A stretch of 64,000 bases of DNA from Paraspadella gotoi (taxonomy: Eukaryota; Animalia; Chaetognatha), in contig CM119265.1 in the NCBI GenBank assembly GCA_051294375.1, forward strand, positions 9,184,772-9,248,771. The letters are read 5' to 3'. Each line of letters starts with the position of its first letter. The first letter of the stretch is position 1. The notes under the pieces are model-generated. The model was given only the letters and a program-made list of their open reading frames with translations, did not search any database and was not told where the DNA came from. Of this stretch, positions 1 through 12,460 are shown one piece after another. The translations under genes and the position numbers were made by a program.

Positions 1-227
1 TACGCGGGAAAAAAGAGTCGCGTCAACGTCCATATTTACAGCAGTACTTGCCTAAAGTCGGTTTTGTTCCAAATTTTCGTTTCAAAGACTTCTCTCGGTT
101 GCGAAAGCTTTTTTATATTTTGATCACGAATTCTCTTCCGTCAGCCTTTTGTTTCATTCTTGCTTTATTGAACGCCAACGGTGGACTGAAAAAAAAAATT
201 AAGAGAGAGAGAGAGGAGAAAGAGAGT

Positions 228-263
<36 letters not shown>

Positions 264-599
264 GTGAGAGAGAGTAAGTCGCCTTTTATTGCTTCGGCAC
301 CGGGGCGAGCCAGAATGTAAGTTGTTTGCCTTTCTTTATTCTTTTCTTTTCTTTTCTTTTCTTTTCTTTTCTTTTCTTTTCTTTTTTTTTCCTTTCCTTT
401 ATTTCATTTTCACTTTTTTCGTAATTTCGTTTTTCTCTTTCCATCTCAATTCTTCTATCTAAACTTTCCTTTTCTTTTTTTTTCTTCTTTTTTTCCCTCT
501 CATCCCAAAATAGCTGAATTTTTCCAGTTCGCGAAGATGAAATTGTAGTCGGGCTTTGTCTAGGTTCACCCCGCCTATAAGCATGACAATTTCAGTTTC

Positions 600-772
600 G
601 TCCCGTTTGCTCATCGAGTAAAGCCAGCAGCTCATGACCGCTTGGTACCGGGTTCAATCCCAACCCGCTACCTGCGTGAAGACGGCTGTAAACCGCCTTG
701 TCGGCCTGGAAAGCCTCAAGCCTGGTTCCAAGCCCAGGACCCGTTCCATGGCTGCTACACAGTCAACACCGC
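600..772 (+). mobile_element. Putative tRNA-derived SINE or tRNA pseudogene head (CAT anticodon loop) plus body
   Basis: 600-672 has a tRNA layout: GCTC..AAGC D-arm, AGCAG-CTCATGA-CCGCT anticodon arm, GGTTCAATCC B-box. Acceptor and T stems are broken, so it is not a functional tRNA. Confidence 0.45.
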
Positions 773-1164
773 CACTCCCACTCTCCCACACCCCCCCCTC
801 CGACATCACGATTCTCAAATCTCGTTCCTTAACTCTTGATTTTTATCTCATGCGTGACGGAACAAAAGTTCAGAGTAAGAGAGAGAGTGAGAGAGAGATA
901 GAGAGAAAGAAAGAAAGAATGAAAAAATTAAATAGAATCAGAAAAACGTAATCATTAAATGTAATCAGAGAAAAGGAGGTAAAAATAAAGATAGCGAATT
1001 TTCGTTGCCAAAAAAGCTGACTCGTTTTCTTCTTTTTATGGAAAGAAGCTGTTTCACTTTTAAAGAGGCTCGCAGTTTCTCACAATGCACAAAAGGAAAC
1101 TATTAATTTCCTTTCCTTTCCTTAATCGAAAAAAACGCAAAATTAAATCAGAATAATACTAAAA

Positions 1165-1520
1165 TAAGAACGGGGATTCAAATGCGTTGCGCCTCAGTGA
1201 CTGCCTTATCACATGAATTTCTGGTTGATAACTTGACTACCTATAAGCATTCAACCCGCGCTGAATTGGGATTCCGTCTTTTATTCTTTATACGATTTCT
1301 TGAAAAAACCAAAGGTAGTGCTAGTAGTTTCTTAGATTCGAGGTTCTCAGCAAAAATGACAAATGAGCAACAAAGTGAACGAGATATAACTTATAAACAT
1401 TTTAAAATGTAAGTAGGACAGACCGACTGACAGATATACCGATACCGACTGTCCGGTCGATTGACCGACAGACCGACAGTCTTATAGAGTCGCTCCGCGT
1501 GTACTCGCGGCGCAACTAAA
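1165..1520 (-). mobile_element. HINE/DINE-like element, same family as 23436-23808
   Basis: Reverse complement begins TTTTAGTTGCGCCGCGAGTAC...CTCTATAAGAC(TGTCGGTC)n and ends ...GGCGCAACGCATTTGAATCCCCGTTCTT. Confidence 0.72.
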
Positions 1521-2300
1521 AAGAGAAAGTATGCTTGAAATCGCAGATAATGCGTGGGAGGAAGAGAGAGAGAGAGANNNNNNNNNNGAGAGAGAGAGAG
1601 AGTCTTTTGTCAGCTTTCATGAAAAGGTTGGCCTTACTTTTTTCATTCGGAGAAATTAAGATGGAAATTATTTTACAATGAACATATTTTATGAACCCGT
1701 TGCACGTTTCGGAGGATTCAAATAATTTGCGCGTATGATAAAAAGTAACGTTTCAATTAGCTATTCCAACATGAAAATTTGCGTACGTACAAAAAAATAA
1801 TTTGATTTTCGCGCCATCTGTCGCCAAGAGCCGAGGGCGCCGCCGACGAGCAAAAAACGAAAACCGCGGCGCCGCTTTAAGCGAGAACTAAGACGGCGCC
1901 AGTAGAAAACGCGCGAGGAACGCGCGCCACGAAACGAGGACGAGCGCGCGACAACAACGACGACAACGACAACAGGGCGACGACGAAAGCGGCGACGACT
2001 TGGAACAGAAAAAAAAGGAGGATTGGGGAAACTGGGAAAGATAAATGGATAAGTGAAAACGGAGGTGATAGGGAAATGGACAAATTGTTAAATCAAACTC
2101 AATTCTGACAATGAAATCATGTACGTATTCATAAAATCGGTAAAAAAAAAAAAAAAAAATGGAACAGCAAATGACTTAAATGGAGAAAAATGGAAGGATC
2201 GTAATGAACTACATGGACAAAGTCGTTGAGGAAAATGAGTAAGATGCGAAATGGATCTCTTAAATCTTTGGACAGAAGAAATGTTGGCGTGGCTCGAGAG

Positions 2301-2345
<45 letters not shown>

Positions 2346-2546
2346 TATATATATATTTTTTATATATAACCAGTCCGATATAGTCATTACAAATAAAATA
2401 CCAATTCAAAGCGGTTTTCATTTTTTATATTCATAGATAGACATTTTACAGTAAACAACTTGTGCGCAGCTAAATATTTTTTTTTTCAATGAAATTGCGT
2501 TTACTTTGGTCACGCAAAAACTTTTGATATTATTATGTTTTGTTTA

Positions 2547-3705
2547 TTATTCTATCTTCCACATTTTAGCGTTTTGAATGGACGCAATAGGATGAGAAGG
2601 AGACTCGTTAACTTTAAATCCATAGCATCTATAAGAATGAGCCTTTCCCAGAGGAATGCTCCAAGTCTTCGCTTGATTCGCTGCCGTAAACTTTGTTTGG
2701 ATTTTCTCGATCGTGACCCAACCAGAGCAATCGTCATTGTTGGAACCAACGAATTCAAAATCCGTCGGAGCTTGACCTGGACCCTCGATTCTCGAAGAAA
2801 AACCAAATATGGCGACTTTGATTGGATCCTTAAACTTGTACCAAACAGTTTGCGGCAACTGGGTGCCCGCCTCATTGGCCCAAGGATACTTTCCGGATGT
2901 CTGTGGGACAAATGCATTCATAGCTTCGTGATCGTGTCTCCAAATGGAATCGGCACCAGCTTGGCCGTCCTTGAATTCCACGGGGACGACATCTGAATAA
3001 ATATTCAAAATTCTTTAATGATTATTTGCGCATTTTTAATATTTTTTCGTAAAATTCAACATATATGTATTCAAAAAATTTTGGTTTTTTCCATCTTACC
3101 AGGAAGTCTCCAAAATTTAGCTTTCTGTATAGCAGTAATATGACCCCAGTCAACAGTGAAAATTTTAAACCCATAGCATTCAAAGCTTTGAGCCTGATCC
3201 GTTGCAACAGTCCAAGACTTTTCTTGGTTCAGTTTAGTGAACTTAGTTTTGATTTTGACGATTGGAGACCAAGTTTGACAATCGTGAGATCCAACAAATT
3301 CAAATATGGTCGGTGATTGCCACAAATTTCCATCTATCCTCGAGGAAAAAGCAAATTTCACGACTTTGATGGGTTTGCTGAATTTGTACCAAACCGTTTG
3401 CGGTAACGTGGTGCTCTCAGCATTTGCCCATGGGAATTTTCCGGTAGTCTGTTCCACAAATGCCATCATGGCGGCGTGATCATTTCTCCAAATGGAATCT
3501 GCGCCAGCTTCGCCATCTTTAAATTCCACAGGAATTTCAGAGTCGTTTGCGTTTCCTGTGACCAAAATTTAAAATGAGTTAATAATTAATTTGATTATTT
3601 TAAAGCTTAGTTAAAAAAAATTTAAAATCATAATTAAGCCCAACACTCTTAACCTCGACCGAAGAGAAAAGTTAGAGAAAGGATCAACAAAAACGAAATC
3701 TTCAT
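2547..3705 (-). CDS. Secreted protein (~317 aa) with two tandem F5/8 type C (discoidin/galactose-binding-like) domains; 3 exons
   Basis: Exons 3705-3654 (MKISFLLILSLTFLFGR, signal-peptide-like), 3555-3100 and 2992-2547. Both introns are GT-AG and phase 1, giving 954 nt in frame to a stop. Exons 2 and 3 are clear paralogues (PVEFKDGxAGADSIWRxDH...LPQTVWYKFxxPIKV...FSSRI...FEFVGSxD...W...CYGFK). The W..P..W..F / R..P..F.GS.D..W pattern is recognised from memory as F5/8-type-C. Confidence 0.85.
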
Positions 3706-4049
3706 GTTTCTTAATGATAAAAGACCAAAAAGGGAAATCTACTCACAATTCAAAACTTTTATACTAAATTATTAGACATTTGACAAATATTAATTTGTCA
3801 AGAACGACAGGTCCCGTCGGATTTTCTTTTTAGACAGAATGAAGACGATCAACCAACGTCGATTACGTCTGACGACAATCGTACTGGGAATTCCGCGACG
3901 TTAAGCTTTGAAAAAAACTCATAATCTTTTTTGTTTGTTCGCTCGTATTTGGATTTCGGTTTTCTGTCAAACGATTTGGGGAATTAATCTAAAGAAATGT
4001 CATTTGAAAATAATTTAGGGAAGCGTTTTGGTGAACAGAATTCAAGTAG

Positions 4050-4086
<37 letters not shown>

Positions 4087-4660
4087 AAATGACAGCCGAA
4101 TATAATACACTACTGTTTTGCACTTATAGGAATTGCCCAAATATTCATTTTAAGTCTTCCTATTCAATGATTTTAATTTCACTTCGATCGATCTTGGCTA
4201 TGAAAGCCCCAGTAGAGAAAAAACAAGAGTTATTGAGCAGAAGTGAATCTTTCTTTTTTCCTCTTCCTTGTCAATCATATTTCTTTTCGTAGGATTTTAT
4301 AATTATTTTCATGAAAAAAACTACTGAACGACTCTGACGCAAATTTTTATTCGCCAGATTCGCTTATTCCGATTAGCAGATATTAAATATTTAACCAAAA
4401 CACGAAAAGAGAATATTCTATATACTTTCTCGCAAATGACTTGTTGTGTACCCCAAACCGTCGACTTTTTTTTATGATTATTAAAACCTTTTTTTTATAC
4501 GGTTTGTGTTCAAAACAAATTTTTTTTCTGGCCTCCCATTTCATTCAACGGCAGGCAGCCTTCGTCCTTGTCGATAAATCCTTATCTGTGGTGGGAACGG
4601 GAGCGCTAGTTGAGGTTGATAATGGGTAAAATAGGGAGGGAGAGAGAGAGAGAAAGAGAA

Positions 4661-4693
<33 letters not shown>

Positions 4694-5694
4694 AGGGAGA
4701 GAGGAGAGAGAGAGAGAGAGAGAGAAAGAAAGAATAGAAAAAGAAAGGGAAAACCACACAATAAATTACACTTTAATGACTCATGCTAATGCACAAATAA
4801 CTCCTATCAAGCGCCTTGAAAAGCGATAAAAACAAGTCCTACGCCCCCCCCCCAAAAAAAAAGGAGCTAAGAAGGAAAACAAGAAAAAGACCAAGAAAAA
4901 GGGAGAAAAAAAGCGGGAAAAAAGGCGGGGAAAAAGGCGGGAGTATTCTGATTTATGAAACCCAGGCGACGAAGTCAAAAGTCTTTTAGGCGCGTTTAAT
5001 TCCCTCATCGCCTGGTGGAGCTGGAAGTGGAGGCTTTGCTCTTTCGTTGAACCTTTTTTTTGGGAGGTTATTTAATTTTTTTGGGTGGTTCTTTTTTTTT
5101 AGCTTTGTATCGTTTATTCAGCGCCTGAAAGGATGACCGACCGACTGACCGACTGACCGACTGACCGACTGACCGACTAAATGACTCGCCGTCCGACGGA
5201 CCAATGACTGACTTACCGACAGACGCTTCGCTTCCGAATCTGACTCGTAATGACCTTTGACCCACAGATTTTATTATCTTCGCCTCCTCAGTCGCACCGA
5301 GCCGCCGCTGCCGCCGCCGCCGCCGCCACCCCCCCGCAGCAGCTGCTCCAGCCGCAGCCGTCGTTCGTCCCCGAACGCGACGTCTTTATTCTTAACCGCC
5401 TGGCGATTTTCGCCGCCATGGCGCCAGTCGCGACTCAGCCGCCTCACGTTGATCGGAAGGTCTTCGTTCTTCGCTTCGCTTCCGGCTTTCTTGGTCCTTT
5501 GTCCAATTTTTTTGCTTCGTTTGACGTCGTCGTTATCGTCGTCGTCGCTTCTTGGAGGGGCGTGTCCATTATCGTCCTCATTTTCCGCGACGTCGAGAAT
5601 CGTAATTGACGTCGTTGTCATGAATATTGGCGTCGTCCTCCTCGTTAAGGTCGTCTTAATTAAATGTCGTCCGCGGCGGCGTCGGCGGCGGCGT

Positions 5695-5740
<46 letters not shown>

Positions 5741-6124
5741 CTTCGCAGCTGCTTCTCTGGAATGGAAATGGGTGTGGAGTCGAGTGAAGTGGGAGTGGAT
5801 GGTGGGTTGTGGAAAGGCGCGGGTGAGGGCAGTGGGGACCACTAGGGCCGGGGTGGTCATAACGGAGGAAGAGGAAGAGGAAGAAGAAGAGGAGGGACTT
5901 CGTTGGGTTAGAATCGTGGGAAGAAGACGGAGGAGTCACCGAAGGTCAATCGAGAGACTGTGGAAGACACACTTCCGAAATCAAAAACAAAAATGGCGTT
6001 TGGACTTTCCCCCCAAAATTGAGAAGAAAAAAAAAACTAGCATCGCAGGAAACGAATCGAAAACAAAAAAATATCTGAACTCACGACGTCGTTAGTTGTT
6101 TCTTCAAAACATGTTTTTTTTTCT

Positions 6125-6310
6125 TGACCGATTGAATAGACAAACTTTCTCAACCGGATGAAAGCCCAACTGACCATTGGCCGGTGCAATTTGTCGTTTG
6201 ACCAATCAGAGAGTCTCTTATAATTTCTCCTCTGCGATGAACGTTTCGATCGAGAATTTCTTCCGTCTCATAATATGTCGAAAAAAAATAATAAAGTGGG
6301 CGTGCCTCCC
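6125..6310. promoter_or_regulatory. Putative promoter: CCAAT boxes plus GC-box-like site next to a GC-rich region
   Basis: CCATTGGCC (~6174), GACCAATCAG (~6200), GTGGGCGTG (~6296). YY1-like AAAATGGCG at ~5990. Confidence 0.35.
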
Positions 6311-7058
6311 TCTTCCTTCGAAAACCTCGGATTTTCTCTCGCGACCCTGAACTCGATCGCGAGGCTGAATTCGTCGACGAGTTGTTGTTGTTGTTGCTTG
6401 GCGAAAGTGATGACGAGTCATAAACGAGGTCGGGAGGGTAAAGGAAAGGTGGAGCGAAATAGAGTGGGGAGGGGGGAAAGAGGGAGGAGGGGGAGATTAG
6501 GGAAAGGGGTTTTTTGGGCGGGAGAGATGGCGAAATCCTGAGAGGAAATTCTTTAATGGAGAGAAGACCAGGAATAGCTCAAGGTAATTTTTTTTTTTTT
6601 TTTGTGGAGGTCGGTGTTGAGGTTGATGAAGATATTTCTTTTTTATCCTTGGAATAAATGACGATAGAGTAATAGTGATACCGATAGTCACTGATAGTCG
6701 CTGATAGTCACTGATAGTCATAGAGTCCGTGTCAAGAAAAAAGCGTGAAAAAATGGGAAACTGAATTCGCTGTGAATCAAAATTACTTTGATTATGATAA
6801 AATTTAGGAAGAGCAACTTAAACTTTTTTTAGAAAGACAAAAAATACTGAATACTTTGAAACTGAAAAGAAGCAATTAGGAAAATGAAACGAATGGAAAG
6901 AATAAAAATTATAAAACAAAAAGACAAAAAAAAAACAAACAAAAAGATAATTATATATTCATCATTAGGATAAAAGGCCATAAAAAAAAAAAAAAAGCCG
7001 CTGACGATTCCAAGCAGAGATGATGACTAGAAGCTTTTGTTCTCTGCGAATGAATCTA

Positions 7059-7156
<98 letters not shown>

Positions 7157-7904
7157 TCGTTCTTTTTTCTCTCTCTCTCTGTCGCGTAGCCAAAATTAGC
7201 ATATGACATAGAACGCGGCAGAGACAACGCGTCATTGAAATAAACCCAGTGTCACAGAATTCGCATCAGTATCATTATTTTTTGTTCTACATGATCTTTT
7301 CTCGACAATATATATTTTAACCTTTTTTAACATACTTTACAGAACTTTAAGTCAACAAAGCATATGGTTCTAGTCTTGAATTCATAATATAAAATTAAAA
7401 CTCATTAAAGAATGAAAACGACTGCGCCCCATACGACGACAACAATAAGGTTTTTTAATTCCATTCTTACAATTTTTTAAAATTTTTGAAAATTGAAAAA
7501 CATTAACCAAAACGCCGTCTCTCTCTCGTTACACATTTCTATAGTTTAAGGTCAAACGAACTGACAGAAACGAAAATGAAATGTCAGCGGACAAAACTAA
7601 TGTGAGATTGTTTACTCCAGAAAGAAATAAAGCCTGCCGAAAAATAAGGATAAACATAGGAGCTCTTGGCCACTGTTGAGGATCGAAAATCAAGATCAAA
7701 ATCAAGATAGGCTGAGGGCCCGAACTTTCTTACAAGATAATAGTAAAATGGGAGAACCCTGTAAGCTTTCAATCAAAACTCTCTCACAGTGTACGTCGCT
7801 GTTTTCAATGTTTTTAATGTTTTCTATTAATTAACTGTTTCAATTGTAACCCAATTCCCAATACTTGGAAAAAAAAAACCAGTCGCTGATATCGCTGTCG
7901 TTGT

Positions 7905-8030
7905 TGACGTTATCGGTCTGATGGTTGATGTTATTGATCTGATGGTTGATGTTCTTGATCTGATGGTTGATGTTATTGATCTGATGGTTGATGTTCTCGA
8001 TCTGATGGTTGATGTTATTGGTCTGACGTT
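7905..8030 (+). repeat. 21-bp tandem repeat (GATCTGATGGTTGATGTTATT), ~5 copies
   Basis: Direct reading. Explains the ORF MVDVIDL... repeat. Confidence 0.9.
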
Positions 8031-9193
8031 GAGGTCAATGAACTCGACGAATTCGGGAGATGAGAGGAAGAAGAAGAAGACGACGACGATAACGAGGACG
8101 ACAATCGCTATGAGATGATGAGAGATGACCTGATTTTCCCTTCAAGGCTCAAGCCTGTCCTCGTCCTTCTTCCGCCTTCATATCTCGAACGTCGATCTTC
8201 TTTCGGAATTGGGCTCCGCCGCCGGCCAAAGAAGATTCCAGTCTCTTGGAAGAAATTGCATTCTGCCAAAATCTTTCTTTCCTTTCTACAATTTCCTCCT
8301 CTTTTTGACATGACCGGTTTCGTATTACATTTATATGGCATATTATGGTATTGGTTTATTAGGTTTTATAATTTATATACTTGTATCTGTTTTGTCTTCT
8401 TCAAAGTGGAAATCAATCTTAATTGTTTAGTAAATTGCTAATTCTCTTTCTCTTTCTCTCACCTCAAACTTATTTGTTTATTATTGTTTATAATTATTTA
8501 CCACTGATTTATGTCATAGCAATTTATGCCGAAATATTTCTAAAAATGTATTTGGCAAATTATGTTTTATTCTTGTAAATTATAAATTGTAAACAAGTAA
8601 ATTCCTTGAATTAATTATGTATTATATTTTTTTCCCCCGCTTTTCCATTTTCGTTCTTCTTCACTATATTGCGAGACAAAAAATACAGTATCACAGAAAT
8701 CTTAACCGTGTAACGCGAAATAAAGGGTACATTACCGTAATAATTTACTCTTGGGTGAGGTGAGCGCCCGGAGAGATTCTCTCACAGCCTCACCCGAGAG
8801 ATGGATTTTCACGCCCACCTTTCAATCTTATCCTTCACAATTCACATTCTCATCATGATCGGACGATTATGTCCCCTTCACAGATTTATACGATCACAGG
8901 ACGAAAGGCATTTTAGAGTTGACAAAAATGGAGGAGACAAAAAGCCAATAACTGAATAGGGATGACGACGACGACGAGGAAGACGAGGATAAGGATGACA
9001 ATGACGGCGAAGACGACGATAAAAAGGGAGAAGAGGAGAAAAAAAAACGATGCGTCGTTTATCTTTATCAGCGGAAATGCTAGGGGCGGTGATTGCGAGA
9101 ATAGAATTGGAGGAGGGAGGGAGAGAGAGAGAGAAGAGAGAGGAGACAGAAGAGATATCCAGTGGCGGTGATGCTAGAATAGAAGCGAGGGGA

Positions 9194-9271
<78 letters not shown>

Positions 9272-9374
9272 GGAGAGATGCCAGGGGCAGTGATTGCTTG
9301 AATAGAAGCGGAGGAGAGAGAGAGAAAAAGGGGACGAAAAGGAAGAGGAAAATAAGAAAAAGGGGAAACACACA

Positions 9375-10200
9375 AGAATACAGTAAAACTAAAAAAAAGA
9401 AAGAGAGAGTATATAAAACTAAAAGAAAGAAATAATACAGTAAAACTGAAAGAAAGAGAGAGTATATAAAACTAAAAGAAAGAGAAAATACAGTAAAACT
9501 AAAAAGAAAGAGAAAGTATATAAAACTAAAAGAAAAATTACAGTAAAACTAAAAGAAAGAGGAAGAGTATTAAACTGAAAGAAAGGAGAGTATATAAAAC
9601 TAAAAGAAAAAAGAATACAGTAAAACTAAAAGAAAGAGAGAGTATATAAAACTAAAAGAAAGAAAAAACAGTAAAACTAAAAAAAGAAAGAGAGAAGTAT
9701 TTATAAAACTAAAAGAAAAGAAAAGAATAACAGAAAACTAAAAAAAAAAGAAAGAAAGAGTATAAAAACTATAAAAGAAAGAAAGAATACAGTTAAAACT
9801 AAAAAAAGAAAGCAGAGAATATATAAAGAAATAAAGAAAGAAAAAGCAGTAAAACTAAAGAAAGAGGAGAGTTATAAAACAAAAGAAAGAAAAAACACGT
9901 AAAACATAAAAGAAGAGTAGTTATAAAACAAAAGAAAAAGAAAATACAGTAAAACTAAAAAAAGAAATGAAGTATCATAAAACGTAAAAAAAGAAAGTCA
10001 ATACAGTAAACTAAAAGAAAGAGGGAGTTTATAAAACTAAAAGAAAGAAGAGATATACGTAAAAACAAAACGAAAGAAAGAATACAGTAAATAAAAAGGA
10101 AAGAATATAGTAAAACTAAAGTGAAAGAAAGAATACAGTAAAATTAAAAAGAAAGAGAAAGTATATAAAACTAAAAGAAAGAAAGAATACAGTAAAACTG
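9375..10200 (+). repeat. A-rich minisatellite, ~45-50-bp dimeric unit (AATACAGTAAAACTAAAAGAAAG / AGTATATAAAACTAAAAGAAAG)
   Basis: Alternating ACAGTAAAACT and TATATAAAACT subunits. The middle of the array is degenerate. Confidence 0.88.
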
Positions 10201-10799
10201 AACGAAAGTTTGTGTAAATAAGGACGACGCTAATGAAGGACTGGGAATGAAGTCTAGTTGGAGGGTTAGAGAGGAGGAAGAGGAGGAAGAGGAGGAAGAG
10301 GAGGAGAATGTTTAACGAGAGGGCGCCGGGTGGGGTCGAAGAAGCCTTTTCCGTCTCAGGGTTCAGGTTTGCCTTACTTTTCCCCCAATTTCGCTTTAAA
10401 TCTCCGATGATGTTGTTTGGTTTTAAAAATGATACTTTATTCAACATACAAGTTAAATACAATTTTTTATAAATATTTGTCTCTTTGGAAAAACGTGTTT
10501 TTAATAACGTGCAATTCATGTATACTGGTTTATTGTTTAAACACTCATAACATTGTAAAAGTTCAAAGATTTTTTTTTCATACGAAATGAACAGATATTG
10601 GATAATTTTTATAATTGCTTTAAAAACATAAAAAATATTTGGATGAAAATTTTAAATAAACCCAACGACTTAATCAGGCTCAAGAAACAAAATTAATATA
10701 CTTACGAAAAGTCAAAATTGGTTTTTAAAAATGAATTCCTAAAATATAACTGATGTTCGTTCTTCTGCGATGAAAAGCGAAATCTTTGGGCGAAGTCGG

Positions 10800-10930
10800 A
10801 ATTTTTGATTGGATGCTTAATTCGATGGGCGGAGCTTGGAAAAGATTTCCCAGGATCAGCGGCGTCGGTTCGCGGCGTCGGGCGGTGTCGGGCGGAGTCG
10901 GTAGGCGGCGTCGGGCGGAGTCAGTCGGCG
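10800..10930. promoter_or_regulatory. Putative promoter: CCAAT box plus three GGGCGGAG GC boxes
   Basis: TGATTGG at ~10806 and GGGCGGAG at ~10827, ~10890 and ~10913, in a CpG-rich patch. Confidence 0.35.
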
Positions 10931-11009
10931 GCGTCGTCAGCCGGAAAATTTCCTTCGTATCACCGCCGATAGTGAAAGGATTTTTCTCAGTCGGAGTTGA
11001 CCGGTGAAT

Positions 11010-11373
11010 TTAAGATTTAAAGATTTAAATATTTAAAAAGATTTTAAAAGATTTAAAAAGATTTAAAAAGATTAAAAAGATTAAAAAGATTTAAAGATTT
11101 TAAAAGATTTTAAAAGATTTTAAAAGATTTTAAAAGATTTTAAAAAAATTAAAGATTTAAAAAGAATTAAAAAGATTTAAAAAGATTTAAAAAGATTTAA
11201 AAAAATTTAAAAAGAATTAAAAAGATTTAAAAAGATTTAAAGATTTAAAAAGATTTAAAAAGAATTAAAAAGATTTAAAAAGATTTAAAAAGATTTAAAA
11301 AGATTTAAAAAGATTTAAAAAAGATTTTAAAAGATTTAAAAAGATTTAAAAAGATTTAAAAAGATTTAAAAAG
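11010..11373 (+). repeat. 10-bp tandem repeat (AAAAAGATTT)n
   Basis: Direct reading. Confidence 0.95.
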
Positions 11374-11829
11374 AAGATCCTCATTGATGGCGAAGCCGCG
11401 AATGACGACGACGATGAAAACAAAGACATCAACATCAACATCAGAAAATTCGACGGAGACGAGGGTAGAGATCCGAAGCTGGATCATCCCGGGGCAACAA
11501 CGACGACGAAGATGACGACGACGACCGCAGTGGTTTCCAAGGAAAAATCCCCTTTCAGACAGTTTTCTCGGAAAGCTTTATCAAAGTCGCTGTGAAATGA
11601 GATTCGATCAGGAAATTAAAGACTCTCAACTCTTCTCTCACATCCCCCCCCCCTTCTGCTTCACTTCTACGCGTTCACTACCGTTTGATCGGCGTTCACT
11701 ACCCGTTAACCAGGTGTTTACTGCACGTTTGCCTGGTACTCACCCTCCGTCGATCTCAAAACCAATTTCAGTTAGTGTCCACTCGGCAGTTTCTACCGAA
11801 CATTCGAAATCACAATAAAGTTATTGCTA

Positions 11830-12460
11830 GGAGTAGCTCAAACGAAAATTTAAACATTTAAAAATTTTAATATTACTCCATACCCTAAATATTATTTTTT
11901 TAATATTTATTTATAAATAGGAAAGGCTAAAAATTTTTATGGATTTTGTTATTCAGGAAGCTTGAAAAAAGTTGTCTTCACAAAGTATAATTCTTTTTTC
12001 GATATTTTGATCATAAGTGGGTGAAAAATATGAAAAAACTATTTATACTAATAACTACTAATTCTTATGTTTTCTTGGTCAAAATTAAGAAAAAATAATA
12101 AAATTATCAAAAGAGGATGATGATGATTATAATTATAATAATTATAATCATCATCATCCTCTTTTGATAATTTTATTATTTTTTCTTAATTTTGACCAAG
12201 AAAACATAAGAATTAGTAGTTATTAGTCGTTATATTTTTTATTTAACTTTTTATGCTCTATCAGAATCCATCAAAAAAAAGTTAAGATTGATTAAAAAAA
12301 TGTTTTATCATTATATAGTAATATTGTAATTTTGATAGCAACAATAAAAGCATTAAAATCGAACTTTTTTAAAAAATTATTTTTTTACCTGAAAGTAGAC
12401 TTCAAGACTAAAGTTTTTAACCCCCGCCCCTATAGAATTTAATTTCATAGTCGATTTCTA
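11830..12460 (+). mobile_element. Diverged relative of family A, carrying an internal palindrome
   Basis: Shares collinear blocks (TATTTATTTATA.ATAGGAAA; AAGTTGTCT.CACAAAGTATAATTCTTTT; GCTCTATCAGAATC; CATTATATAG) with the family A copies. Ends uncertain. Confidence 0.6.
12047..12227. repeat. Near-perfect ~180-bp palindrome without spacer
   Basis: Centre at 12135/12136 (GATTATAATTA|TAATTATAATC). The arms match except for one extra ATC unit on the right. Confidence 0.95.

Noticed and set aside
585-620. Minus-strand CTCGATGAGCAAACGGGACGAAAC as a hammerhead core
   Set aside because: No CUGA box and no pairing stem II. The plus-strand tRNA-like reading explains the region better.
8130-8340. Minus-strand ...ERKERFWQN... 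resembling the end of a GIY-YIG endonuclease
   Set aside because: Only a few residues match. No GIY/YIG motifs or RT sequence nearby.
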